From: Tetramitus jugosus
Taxonomy: Eukaryota; Protista; Heterolobosea
Assembly (NCBI GenBank): GCA_937625935.1
Contig: OW569381.1
Location: 1-64,000 of the forward strand
Direction: 5' to 3'
DNA length: 64,000 nt
Part shown: positions 32,065 to 42,142 of the stretch, piece by piece
Position numbering within the stretch: the stretch's first letter is position 1
How the letters are laid out: every line of letters begins with the position of its first letter
Notes under the pieces: model-generated
What the model was told of the DNA's origin: nothing
Database searches by the model: none
Seen by the model: only the letters and a program-made list of their open reading frames with translations
Program-made: the position numbers and the translations under genes

Positions 32065-34968
32065 TTAATGTGTTGTGACAACATAGGTTCGGATTTGCGA
32101 TGGTGATAGATAAGAAGTCCAGGGTGTGGAGCTGGGTGAGCCTAGCATCTGATTGGCTGACAACTTTGTTTCGACATGAGTTCGTATTGGAATTGACTTG
32201 AGCCATCGTTGAACTTCCACCGTCTCTTTGCGTGAAAGGTTACTGCTTTCTTTTTCTTCGTATATGTGATGCAACCTAAGCAACAACTGCCCAGGGTCGT
32301 TTCTGCTATGGGCTTGTAGATTCAACAGATGGACATTGTATGGAAGATCGGACGACACTGCACTGAATCCCGTCTTGAACATTTGCTTGTATGTCTCGCT
32401 CGAGTCAATTCTCAAATTCTTCCAGTGTGCGTCTTCTGTATTCAAACGGAATACATCGATTGGGAAGTTGTGCAAGTAGGATTGAGGGCGTCTCAAATCG
32501 GCCGTATTCTGGGGTGTGTCCACAAACAGGCGGAACGTAATCTTGACTGTTGTAGTATCGTTCAAAGGACGATCTAGACCTCTTCCATCATCTCTGGAGG
32601 TTCTTCTGTGCAACATGTATTCTACTTGACCACTGCTAGCTGACGTCATTCCACGAGACTGATCTGTCAACACGAGAAACTCCGCTCTCTTATCTCTAAT
32701 GAATGAGGAGTATTGTGTTGGGCAATAGTTGCCAGATTCGAACGCAACATAGTTGGGGTACCTTGTTCTTTCCATTGTCGTGAAAGCATTGTCATCAGTA
32801 AAGAAGGTATTGTTGGATGCAATGTTTGTCACAAACTCTGTCACCAATTCTCTATCGAGCTCCATTTCTCCAATCTCGAATTCAATTTCAACAAAGTTGT
32901 CCAGACTGAGCAAGTGTGGATCATTCATGCGATAAAGACGAACGGTCTGCTTGGCATAATCGGAAAACACTTGGGTGATTTCCTGGACCATGGAGTCTTC
33001 GTTGCCCGTGATGGTCGTGGTTATCGATTCACTGACTGGATACTTGGTATCGTTGGTCGAGCGGAAAATGTAGGCTCCACTTGATTGTTGTTTCGCAGCT
33101 GAGAAACTTATATATTGAAACAGATTTTGTTCAATATCAATAGATACGCCTGATACCTTGTTAGATATCTTGCATATTCTTGTGTCACTTGGTCCAAAGT
33201 TGCAGAATTGCACATCGTACACACTGTTCGATAGTGTTGTCATTGGAGATTGCTGAGGTGAGAGGGGCTTTGGTGAGATTACATGCTTCTTGTCCGGAGA
33301 ACCACCAATCATTTGAACAAACACTGTTGTGAATCCGAGCGGAGGAATTGGCTGACTATTAAACACAGCCTCATACATGTTTCCTCTCTGAACAATATCA
33401 ACCATCTGACGTAAGCCATTCTGGTCCTTGATGATCACATTTGGGGATTGCAACTGTAGTTTGACAAGTGCACTCCTTTTCCATCCCAATGAATTGAATA
33501 ACACGAGAGGAACAAACCTTTCACCTTTGGCAATTCTAGTTTCATCGATCGAGTGTTCAAACATCAATGGTATCTCACTGTTCTTGGAGATGAGACGAGA
33601 GAGTACCTTATCCAAGACGGGAGCAACACTGTTCACGCCCTGTTTTATATAGTCCAAATACATGGCTATGACGTGGTCGCGTTCTGTTCCAGTGATGGCA
33701 TCATGATGTTGGATGTATCCATTGCCTATTCGAAGCGTCTCCAAACTATCAAAATTGGATTTGAAATTGGAAGTATTGTGTGACAGAGCGAACAGAATCT
33801 CTGCTGTTCTTGCAAGACTTTCTCCAGTTCTAGCAGTTTTCTTCAACTCGGGCCGAGAGGTATAGTAGCCAGTCCAATAACTCAGCGAGTTGTCTGAATA
33901 GGGCAGAAAGTCTGAGTCATATGCTGGGAATTGAGAACTGGCATTCTTGATTGCCTCAAAATATTCGGAGACAAATGAGTACTGTATATTAACGCCATAC
34001 TTGTCTCGATGGCTATTGATATGATTGATCAAGAGAGTCATGTTGCTAAAATTGAGCTCAGCATTTCCATACTCAAAATCGCACCCAAATGGATACAGAA
34101 GATGATTGGTTCTATAGGCAGCTGCTCTTGTTTTTGTCACATTGACCAGCAACTCTGAGTAATAGTCAATGTTCAGAGGTGTAATTGGTGCTGCATTTGT
34201 TTCATTGTTGTATCCCCATGGAAACGATCCCTCCCAGTCTAGCTTACTTGGCGAACAATAGGAATCAAACATGACATGAGTGAGTATCTCTGAGGCGTTC
34301 TGATCGACGCGCCATCTAAATTCAAGGTTCTTCTCCTCCTTCATATCACTCTTCATTACCCAATCAATTCTTGCAATCACATGGTAATCAAAGCCCATTT
34401 CACTGTACATTCGAGCAATGTTCTGACTGAGACCAAACGGATCAATGTCCCATCCAATCTTTGGAATACCGTACTCTCCGAAAGTCTCTCTCAGAAACGT
34501 GTGACCCAGTGTCATTTGATTAATATTGGCTGAGTAAGTGGTAAGGGCATTGTCTGACATGACCCATCCACCAATCAACCACTGCCATTGACCACCGTGC
34601 AACAAGCTCTTGAATTGTGCCTTCTTCTCAGATGTTTGCTCGTTCCACCACATTGAGAAATACGATGTTTCAGCCCAGTGAAATTTTCTGCTTTTATCAG
34701 CCATGAGAGCAGTGACAACAGTGTCCAGAATGAACCTAACTCTCTGCTGATAGTATTCATCAACTGTGAATAACCATCCGGGATCACAGTGACTGTGTGG
34801 TACGACATGGACATTCAGCAGAGAATCTTGACTCTTTTTAGCAACGTTTACAACAGCACCAGCGCGAGACACGACACAAAACAGACATAATAATACAAGT
34901 GTCATCAAGAAACAACTACATTTGAATGACGCAGGATCACGCGGTATCATTTTCTCAAAGGACACCAT
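32065..34968 (-). CDS. Lysosomal-type alpha-mannosidase (GH38)
   Basis: VHVVPHSHCDPGW, GWDIDPFG, YWTGYYTSRP, QHHDAITGT, HRR...DDGRG; hydrophobic signal near N-terminus; start uncertain. Confidence 0.95.
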   Translation of the reverse strand: MVSFEKMIPRDPASFKCSCFLMTLVLLCLFCVVSRAGAVVNVAKKSQDSLLNVHVVPHSHCDPGWLFTVDEYYQQRVRFILDTVVTALMADKSRKFHWAETSYFSMWWNEQTSEKKAQFKSLLHGGQWQWLIGGWVMSDNALTTYSANINQMTLGHTFLRETFGEYGIPKIGWDIDPFGLSQNIARMYSEMGFDYHVIARIDWVMKSDMKEEKNLEFRWRVDQNASEILTHVMFDSYCSPSKLDWEGSFPWGYNNETNAAPITPLNIDYYSELLVNVTKTRAAAYRTNHLLYPFGCDFEYGNAELNFSNMTLLINHINSHRDKYGVNIQYSFVSEYFEAIKNASSQFPAYDSDFLPYSDNSLSYWTGYYTSRPELKKTARTGESLARTAEILFALSHNTSNFKSNFDSLETLRIGNGYIQHHDAITGTERDHVIAMYLDYIKQGVNSVAPVLDKVLSRLISKNSEIPLMFEHSIDETRIAKGERFVPLVLFNSLGWKRSALVKLQLQSPNVIIKDQNGLRQMVDIVQRGNMYEAVFNSQPIPPLGFTTVFVQMIGGSPDKKHVISPKPLSPQQSPMTTLSNSVYDVQFCNFGPSDTRICKISNKVSGVSIDIEQNLFQYISFSAAKQQSSGAYIFRSTNDTKYPVSESITTTITGNEDSMVQEITQVFSDYAKQTVRLYRMNDPHLLSLDNFVEIEFEIGEMELDRELVTEFVTNIASNNTFFTDDNAFTTMERTRYPNYVAFESGNYCPTQYSSFIRDKRAEFLVLTDQSRGMTSASSGQVEYMLHRRTSRDDGRGLDRPLNDTTTVKITFRLFVDTPQNTADLRRPQSYLHNFPIDVFRLNTEDAHWKNLRIDSSETYKQMFKTGFSAVSSDLPYNVHLLNLQAHSRNDPGQLLLRLHHIYEEKESSNLSRKETVEVQRWLKSIPIRTHVETKLSANQMLGSPSSTPWTSYLSPSQIRTYVVTTH

Positions 34969-35157
34969 TCTACAAAGTTTTGTTGTGATTCTGATTCTGC
35001 TGTGACAACAATAAGGGGAGAGAAGAATCGAAAGCGGACTTTCAACCGGAGAAGACAAGAACTCGAATTAGTAACAGAACAATACAATTGTTAATTTACT
35101 CTGAGTGTTAATTATGAAGCGATGTTAATAATTCCTAGTTGTAGTAAGCGATCCAAA

Positions 35158-37746
35158 TTATGCAATGCACACGGAGTTGCGTCTTGCATGTAGTTTCCTC
35201 CGCAGAAATGATGCAATCTGTTGCATCGTGAAAGGCTTGCTGCAGAACGTGGTCATACCCGACTCAACAGATTCCAATCGAGCAGCACTTGAGGCATTGG
35301 CCGATAGACCAATGATGATCACTTCTGGATCCATCTCTCGGATTAACCTAGTTGCTTCGTACCCGCTCATGATAGGCATAAATATATCCATGAATATAAG
35401 GTCGAATGTCTCTCCAGTTTCCACACTTTTCTTGAACTGTTCGACAGCAACACTGCCATTGTTGGCAAAAGCAACAGTCCCAACACCATAGTATTTCAGG
35501 ATTCTGTACAAGATTTTCTGATTTACAAGATTGTCCTCAGCGACTAGTACCCGTAGGTGCTGTGCTTCAGTAGAATCCACCAAAACAAGGTCTTCTGAGG
35601 GACTATTGGAGTTGTTGTTGTCTGATCTTACCTCGCTGAGAACGGCAGTAAAGTAGAAGGTTGAACCTTCTTTGAACTTGCTTTCTACAAACACTTGACC
35701 ACGCATCATTTCAATTAGAGATTTGGATATGGTGAGACCCAACCCTGTTCCTCCTAATGAGTCATATTCAGTGTTGTCATGAACTTGAGTAAACTGTTGA
35801 AACAGCATGTCCATGCGATCCTCATGAATACCCCTTCCCGTATCCTTTACAATAAATATCAATCTCCTCTCGTGGGGCAAAGCAGGATGATTTCTGTCAA
35901 ACTCTTTAACTGTTTCCCGTACTGCGCCAGTCAGATCATTCGTACTGTCAGTAATAGTAACCTCAACAGATCCTTCATTGGTAAACTTGATTGCATTTCC
36001 AATCAGATTGATTAAGATTTGATTGAGACGCATATTGTCTCCCAGAAAAGTAGCGTACCTTAAGGTTTCCTTTGTTCTGACCGTAAACTTCAAGTTTTTG
36101 GAGTCTGCGATACTCTTCATCACTCTTTGCACAGTTTGTACAGAGCTCTGTACATTGAACTCTGATGATTCGAGAATCAATTTACCAGCCTCAATCTTGG
36201 CCACATCCAACACATCAGAGATCAAATTACGCAGTAAAAGAGAACTGCTCTGAATCGATGTCACAGTGTCCAACTGATCATCATTCAATCCACCTTCAGA
36301 CAGCAATAGTTCTACATGAGCGAATATAGAACAGAGAGGAGTTCGAATCTCGTGAGACATGTGATTCAGGAATGCTGACTTGGCTCTGGATGCTTCCTCA
36401 GCTCTCTCCTTTGCCTCCTCCAAGTGACTTTGCAGATTCTTTTTCTCTGATAGGTCATGGAGGATCATCAGAGAGTACCACGAGTCAGGATCTTTTGAAT
36501 CAAATGTAGTAGCAGTGATAGTAGCCAACATGTGATGAATGGTTCCGTCATATGACATCATTTCGAGCTCAACCTGCTGCATTTCTTCTTCATGCTGTTC
36601 CTCTCGATCAAAGATATCCTTCAATCGTTGTCTGCAAGAGTCCATGAACAAGTCTTCAATATTTAGCCCAATCAATTGATTGTTGCACAACTCGGCATTC
36701 TCCTGGTGATTAGCGGCACCACAATCAACGCCATCAACTGCAGTCGCAGCAGCAGAGGCAGCAACAGCAGCCGAATTATCAGTCAAAGCCATTTTACCAT
36801 CACCATGTTCACGTTCTCCAGAAAGTGCTGCGCTAAACTTGGGACCAATGAGCTTCATCACAGCACGATTCACATTCAAAATGCGACCTTGTTTTGAGAT
36901 GCTCATGAACAGAGAGGGTGCATCATCGTACAATCTCTTGTACAATCTCTCTGATTTCATCAATACTTGTTGCTTCTCACTGGCCATCTCAGAGAATGCA
37001 ATTTGTTTCATGTATGACACAACAGAGATCATTCCGAGCTTTACAATCAACAAAACTCCTACTACTATACCAATGACCATGGGAGGCATATTCATATAGA
37101 GCATCATGAGCAGTGTAATCAACGTGTTCATTCCCAGAATGGCAAATGAAACGAGATGACTGTTTGATAAAATGTCTACATTGACAGCTACGGTGCACTG
37201 AATGACAATAGAGTGCAAGTAGATGGGAGCATCCTCACCCATGAGCAAGAACAAGAGGCAAATGATAAAGCTATTCATGAGCACGTGGATCGCTTCAGTG
37301 CCCAACAGTAAAGCTACGGATTGGTTTGTCAGATTATTATTTGACTTTTGGGGAGAGTTCAATGAACCGTTTTTGTCCGCTGTGGAGAATTTTTCGAGCA
37401 GTAAATGACGTGCATTGATTTTCAAGCGCGCAAGAGTCCACAGAGCAACTGAGATCAAGTAAGCCAACACTCGTAGGGGCTCATCTCTCTTGCACCAACA
37501 AACTAAAATAACAATGACTAATACCATCAATAAGAAATGACTGTTGTTCATGGAGTATTGTGGTTTCTGTTGTTGTTGTGTCGAGGTCATGATTGACTTT
37601 CTGTGTGTTGCATTGGTTGTTGATGATGTTGTTGAAGGTGAGGAGAGAAGAGTCGATTGTTGTGTGGTTGATTTTGTTGTAGTTGAAGAACAATTCTTTG
37701 GATTCGTGTTTGTAATGTTGTTGCTCATGTTTCTTTCATGGGACAT
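35158..37746 (-). CDS. Membrane hybrid sensor histidine kinase (TM-PAS-HisKA-HATPase-receiver)
   Basis: FLNHMSHEIRTPL, QILINLIGNAIKFT, DTGRGI, GGTGLGL, VAEDN, FMDIFMP, SKP. Confidence 0.96.
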   Translation of the reverse strand: MSHERNMSNNITNTNPKNCSSTTTKSTTQQSTLLSSPSTTSSTTNATHRKSIMTSTQQQQKPQYSMNNSHFLLMVLVIVILVCWCKRDEPLRVLAYLISVALWTLARLKINARHLLLEKFSTADKNGSLNSPQKSNNNLTNQSVALLLGTEAIHVLMNSFIICLLFLLMGEDAPIYLHSIVIQCTVAVNVDILSNSHLVSFAILGMNTLITLLMMLYMNMPPMVIGIVVGVLLIVKLGMISVVSYMKQIAFSEMASEKQQVLMKSERLYKRLYDDAPSLFMSISKQGRILNVNRAVMKLIGPKFSAALSGEREHGDGKMALTDNSAAVAASAAATAVDGVDCGAANHQENAELCNNQLIGLNIEDLFMDSCRQRLKDIFDREEQHEEEMQQVELEMMSYDGTIHHMLATITATTFDSKDPDSWYSLMILHDLSEKKNLQSHLEEAKERAEEASRAKSAFLNHMSHEIRTPLCSIFAHVELLLSEGGLNDDQLDTVTSIQSSSLLLRNLISDVLDVAKIEAGKLILESSEFNVQSSVQTVQRVMKSIADSKNLKFTVRTKETLRYATFLGDNMRLNQILINLIGNAIKFTNEGSVEVTITDSTNDLTGAVRETVKEFDRNHPALPHERRLIFIVKDTGRGIHEDRMDMLFQQFTQVHDNTEYDSLGGTGLGLTISKSLIEMMRGQVFVESKFKEGSTFYFTAVLSEVRSDNNNSNSPSEDLVLVDSTEAQHLRVLVAEDNLVNQKILYRILKYYGVGTVAFANNGSVAVEQFKKSVETGETFDLIFMDIFMPIMSGYEATRLIREMDPEVIIIGLSANASSAARLESVESGMTTFCSKPFTMQQIASFLRRKLHARRNSVCIA

Positions 37747-38159
37747 GGACAAAAAAAGAGCTAAATAATTTACCACTGTAGTTTTGTTCTGGGTTTGTTG
37801 AAGATTTTAGTTGAGTGACTCTATATTGAACACACAATCAATGAGGTGGAGTAGTTGAGATGGTAGCCGTGTTTGTTCGTTTCTTTGGTATCTATTGGGA
37901 GCGTGTTTAATCTGCAAACAATGCTTTCCCCTGGGAGTATACCCAATGATAGACATATTCAAGGCTATTGGCCATTTGTGGTGAGGAAGAAATTCGCGGC
38001 AAAGCCCAAAAAAACGTTCTCTATGTCGGAAAACATTTCGGAGATTCACCACAACCTTGTGAAGGAGGATCTCGGTTTGTAAATAAAACATTGGAAACAC
38101 GGTAAAATTCCTATCACCCGTCGTATCAAAATGTTTGTGCTTATCGGACATCGAACCAA

Positions 38160-40874
38160 CTAACTTTCCCATTCTTGTTGCATGTCCTTTAGTGCTTGAA
38201 TAATCTCAGAAAAGGCAGGTCTGTGCGTGCTGTCATTGTCCCAGCATTTGCGGCACAGAGCAAAGTACTGCCGCACTGTACGAGAAATGGACAAGTTTCT
38301 GTTGTCTTTTGATTGATGCTGACTTGATTTTGTTGAACTATTGTTTGTGGCTAGGAAGAAGTCAATAACTGAGAGATCGAGATCGTGATCCTCAAATACG
38401 CCATCTGGAAGCTCTGGTCGTTTCCCATTCACGACTTGCATTCCCAGGAGAAATTGATTCGTTTCTGTCTGTTTCGAATAGGGTCTAGTCAAGGTAAAAA
38501 CCTCATGCATCATGATACCAAAACTGTATACGTCACACTTCTCAGAATAGTTTGAGCTTTGAGTCATGATTTCAGGTGCCATATACTGCCACGTTCCATA
38601 CGCAATACCCACGGTCAATGTCTGATCCATGATTTTTGAAACTCCAAAGTCACACAACTTGCAAACACCACCAGACTGGACGAGAATGTTCTGTGGTTTA
38701 AGGTCACGATGAATGATACCACGGCTGTGAAGGAAACACATTCCCTGTGCAATACCAATCAAATACGTTAGCTTTGTCGAATAGTTCATACACTTGCGCT
38801 CATAAATCGTAACATCTAAGCTTCCATCATTGATGAACTCTGTTACAATATACTTGTTTCCACTTCCATCGATACTGTATCCGAATAATGTGAGTACGTT
38901 GGGATGCCTGAGACGATTCAAAATGGACACTTCATGAATGAATGCATCTTCATCTTCAATCTTCAACTTTTTGATTGCTACTTCTTGATCGTACCATGAT
39001 CCTCTGAAAATAACCCCTCCAGCTCCTTCGTTCAATTTGCTTTTGAATGACAATTGAGACATCTCAATCTTTAGATTGGAGTATTGACTCTCAACATCTG
39101 AACCATCAGTATCAGGCAGCTCTAAAGCGAGCAGTCGTGCATGCAATTCATTCTCTTTTCGTTTATGTCTAGCACCGACATATGTCCTCCAAATACAACC
39201 CAATAATACAAGTACGAACGATAGGAGGACACCAAATCCTATGACCACATACAGAGGAATGAACCGAATGGCAGGATGTATAGCTGATGTCTTTTTGTCT
39301 ATTCCCTCAAATGTACAGTGTTCTGGGACAAACATATTGAATACCACTTGACCAGAACGAGAGAAAAGGAAATGAATTCTCTGGTACTTGTGATCTACAT
39401 ACATGTCCACAACCTTTTCATAACTGAAAATGATGTCCAATGTTTCATTATGAATCATTCTTGTGCCTTCAAATATGAAGAACTTGTTGTACAGATTCAA
39501 TCCGTTTTTCGTGCACTCACCGATGAACATGTAGACGTATCCTGCATCAGCCCACAATTTAATCGTGTCATTGTTCATACCTCCATCACAGAATAGAGAT
39601 AGATCACCGAGTGGATATGAGTCGATTCCATGTGTGATCGAGTTGAGATCGTGAGAATGAACTCCAGTAAACATAACTCCATATTTCTCATTGACAACAA
39701 TTGGAGTTTGCAAATCATTCAACACAAGTACAGAACTACGGTACAGATATGACTTTTCTGGACTGAACAGCTCACTTGTGGTGAATGGCATGAGCACGAT
39801 TGAATCCAATAAATCTATCCGAACGACAATACCATTGTTATAGGACATGGCTGACAGAATAGGCTTGTTCTTATTGCTGAGATCAATCTGACGTTCAGGC
39901 GTGGATTCAGGCAACACGAGTAAAATAGTGGCCAAAAGTTCAACCAGGCACAAAGTATTAGGATCTATTCGAAACACTGCGATATATGGATAGGAAATGA
40001 AGGACAGCATCGATTGTGGGATCACAACAGGATTGGAACACTCTGAAAATTGAATCGATCCATGGTAATTCTCGTCCGATATCCAAGCCAATACAAGCCA
40101 CTCGGATTGTTTAGATATGATGGGTACTAATTGACGCACACCTACAAGTTGATTGACAGCCTTTTCCGGCTTGGCAACTTTTTTAGAATATACTGAGTTT
40201 CGGTTCCAAGTGAACAATGAACACATGTTGGAGCGCGAAGGGGAACAAGTTGAATACACGACTCTACTGTCATCTAAATCCACAGTGTTCATGATCAAAT
40301 CACCCACTTTCAACTCTCGGTGTTCCACTACTGTCAAATCGTGACTCAAGAGGTGAATAGAAGCCAGTCCATCGATCGAATTCAATAAAGCCACACGAGT
40401 CGAATTGGCCCATGCAATCCTCGATTTCTCATTCATTGAAAAGTCCTTGAAACTCTGGTACTGAATCTGATATCGTTGGAAATTGACACCTACAGGTGAA
40501 CAAACGATCGAGTTGGTCCACTCTCTGTTCAACAAATGACCATCAAGGCACTCTCCAGAGCTCTCATTAAACCTCTTTGAAACACAGGTACAAATGTTGT
40601 GACCAATGCATGTTCCTCCATTGCACAACACTTTTCTTGACTCGTCACAGAACGGTAGAGAACAATGATCACCGAACCAACCGACATCACAATCACAAGT
40701 TGAGCTCGTCGTGTTGCAAGTTCCGTGACCTGAGCAGACAATGCTCGAATTGGAAGCAATTTGACTGCATATAGTGGTGGATGATGTCACCACTATAGAA
40801 GAGAGTGAAATAATAAAAATGAAGAAGAGTATTGTTGTTGTGAGAAACAAAAGTGAGCATGATCCGTTTGTCAT
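38160..40874 (-). CDS. EGF-like ectodomain receptor kinase (TKL group)
   Basis: Signal peptide; CSGHGTC...CDCDVGWFGDHC; one TM; [26 protein letters not shown]. Confidence 0.93.
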   Translation of the reverse strand: MTNGSCSLLFLTTTILFFIFIISLSSIVVTSSTTICSQIASNSSIVCSGHGTCNTTSSTCDCDVGWFGDHCSLPFCDESRKVLCNGGTCIGHNICTCVSKRFNESSGECLDGHLLNREWTNSIVCSPVGVNFQRYQIQYQSFKDFSMNEKSRIAWANSTRVALLNSIDGLASIHLLSHDLTVVEHRELKVGDLIMNTVDLDDSRVVYSTCSPSRSNMCSLFTWNRNSVYSKKVAKPEKAVNQLVGVRQLVPIISKQSEWLVLAWISDENYHGSIQFSECSNPVVIPQSMLSFISYPYIAVFRIDPNTLCLVELLATILLVLPESTPERQIDLSNKNKPILSAMSYNNGIVVRIDLLDSIVLMPFTTSELFSPEKSYLYRSSVLVLNDLQTPIVVNEKYGVMFTGVHSHDLNSITHGIDSYPLGDLSLFCDGGMNNDTIKLWADAGYVYMFIGECTKNGLNLYNKFFIFEGTRMIHNETLDIIFSYEKVVDMYVDHKYQRIHFLFSRSGQVVFNMFVPEHCTFEGIDKKTSAIHPAIRFIPLYVVIGFGVLLSFVLVLLGCIWRTYVGARHKRKENELHARLLALELPDTDGSDVESQYSNLKIEMSQLSFKSKLNEGAGGVIFRGSWYDQEVAIKKLKIEDEDAFIHEVSILNRLRHPNVLTLFGYSIDGSGNKYIVTEFINDGSLDVTIYERKCMNYSTKLTYLIGIAQGMCFLHSRGIIHRDLKPQNILVQSGGVCKLCDFGVSKIMDQTLTVGIAYGTWQYMAPEIMTQSSNYSEKCDVYSFGIMMHEVFTLTRPYSKQTETNQFLLGMQVVNGKRPELPDGVFEDHDLDLSVIDFFLATNNSSTKSSQHQSKDNRNLSISRTVRQYFALCRKCWDNDSTHRPAFSEIIQALKDMQQEWES

Positions 40875-41083
40875 GGCTCTCTGTTTTTTCGCAGGAGATG
40901 TTCTGTCGGAGAACTTCGGAAAAATCCCTCAAATAAAAGGTCACAAAAGTCGACCAACTTTCCACAACAAACAAAAAACTTTTTTGAAAAAAGTGAGGTG
41001 TCAACATTCCTTTTTTGCAAGTTTGAAAATAGATTTTTGTTGTAATGAATGATGTTTGACAACCAGTAATTTACAGAGGATTG

Positions 41084-42142
41084 TTATTGGGATGACTCGA
41101 GATCATCAGCAACAGAGTCAGAAAATTCACAAAGGTAGGCATCAAACATTTCCAATAAGTGTAGCACAATAGTATGGAACAAATCCTCAGTGAGCTCCAT
41201 ATTTGGACCAATGTAACAGTGAACAGCGTACAACAACACTCTCCAAGTTGCTAAACAATCCTCAGAAGCATCATGAGCGCCATAATCACCAAATCCTAGG
41301 GCTCTGTGGATATTTTCCAACGCGTAGGATTCCATTCCTGGTATCAAATATCTAACGAGCTTCATTGCATTCGCGTACGTCACAAAACCAGGGTTCTTTG
41401 CACCACATTCTTCTAATGCATCCTGTAGCATGTTAATATCAAAGTTACTACTGGCCCAGTAAAACAGAAGCAGGTTTCCATAGACATTTAATTCTTCATC
41501 ATATCTTTCCCATGCTCTCATTACTTCTTCTGGAGAGAATGCATTCCTTATCTCAGGAGAGTCTGCAGTTATTTTAAATTTCTCCCTGTTCTTTGCTGAT
41601 GCTGGCAATGGTTGAATGTAGTCCCTTCTGGCAAAGGACCAACATCCTCGTTGCTCGAATACGTTGATTTTGCAAGCTTGATAAAACAACCTGCCACCCA
41701 GACGCTTCAGTTGCGAATTCTTAAACTTAGGACTACTATAACATGACTCCCAATCCATAACACTGGACGTAATACATTTTTCTGGCAAGTATGATGGGCT
41801 TCTTTCAGCATTCAAGTCTTCCATAATTCTATTTACAATGTTCTGCGGATCTCCAAGCATCTTAATTACATTTTCTCTCATCATTCTCTTCTGATCCTCC
41901 GTGTAGGATAATATTTTGAGGTATGATTTTACTTTGAACCGTTTGTTGTCTGCAGTACCACTTTTGGATATATTGAACGCCTGTAAATATTTGTCTAATC
42001 TCTTTCCTTTCAAGAGATCTGCGTCCCTTGCTGAAATTTGCTCAAGATATTCAATATCTGGAGTGTCATCACCAATACCATTGCTGGGTGCTGTTGGTGC
42101 AATATCACTCTCATTTTCAGTCTGGAAACACTGGAACTTCCC
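41084..42142 (-). CDS. SAP domain + DEDDh 3'-5' exonuclease (probable C-terminal part of the transposase)
   Basis: LKGKRLDKYLQAFNISKSGT (SAP-like); VMDWES, SNFD and AHDASED (ExoI/II/III); frame open from ~42151 with no ATG before the SAP motif. Confidence 0.75.
   Translation of the reverse strand, partial: GKFQCFQTENESDIAPTAPSNGIGDDTPDIEYLEQISARDADLLKGKRLDKYLQAFNISKSGTADNKRFKVKSYLKILSYTEDQKRMMRENVIKMLGDPQNIVNRIMEDLNAERSPSYLPEKCITSSVMDWESCYSSPKFKNSQLKRLGGRLFYQACKINVFEQRGCWSFARRDYIQPLPASAKNREKFKITADSPEIRNAFSPEEVMRAWERYDEELNVYGNLLLFYWASSNFDINMLQDALEECGAKNPGFVTYANAMKLVRYLIPGMESYALENIHRALGFGDYGAHDASEDCLATWRVLLYAVHCYIGPNMELTEDLFHTIVLHLLEMFDAYLCEFSDSVADDLESSQ

Noticed and set aside
35158-37746. Hybrid histidine kinase as bacterial contamination or novelty
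   Set aside because: Such kinases are common in free-living protists, and this one has host-style low-complexity tracts.
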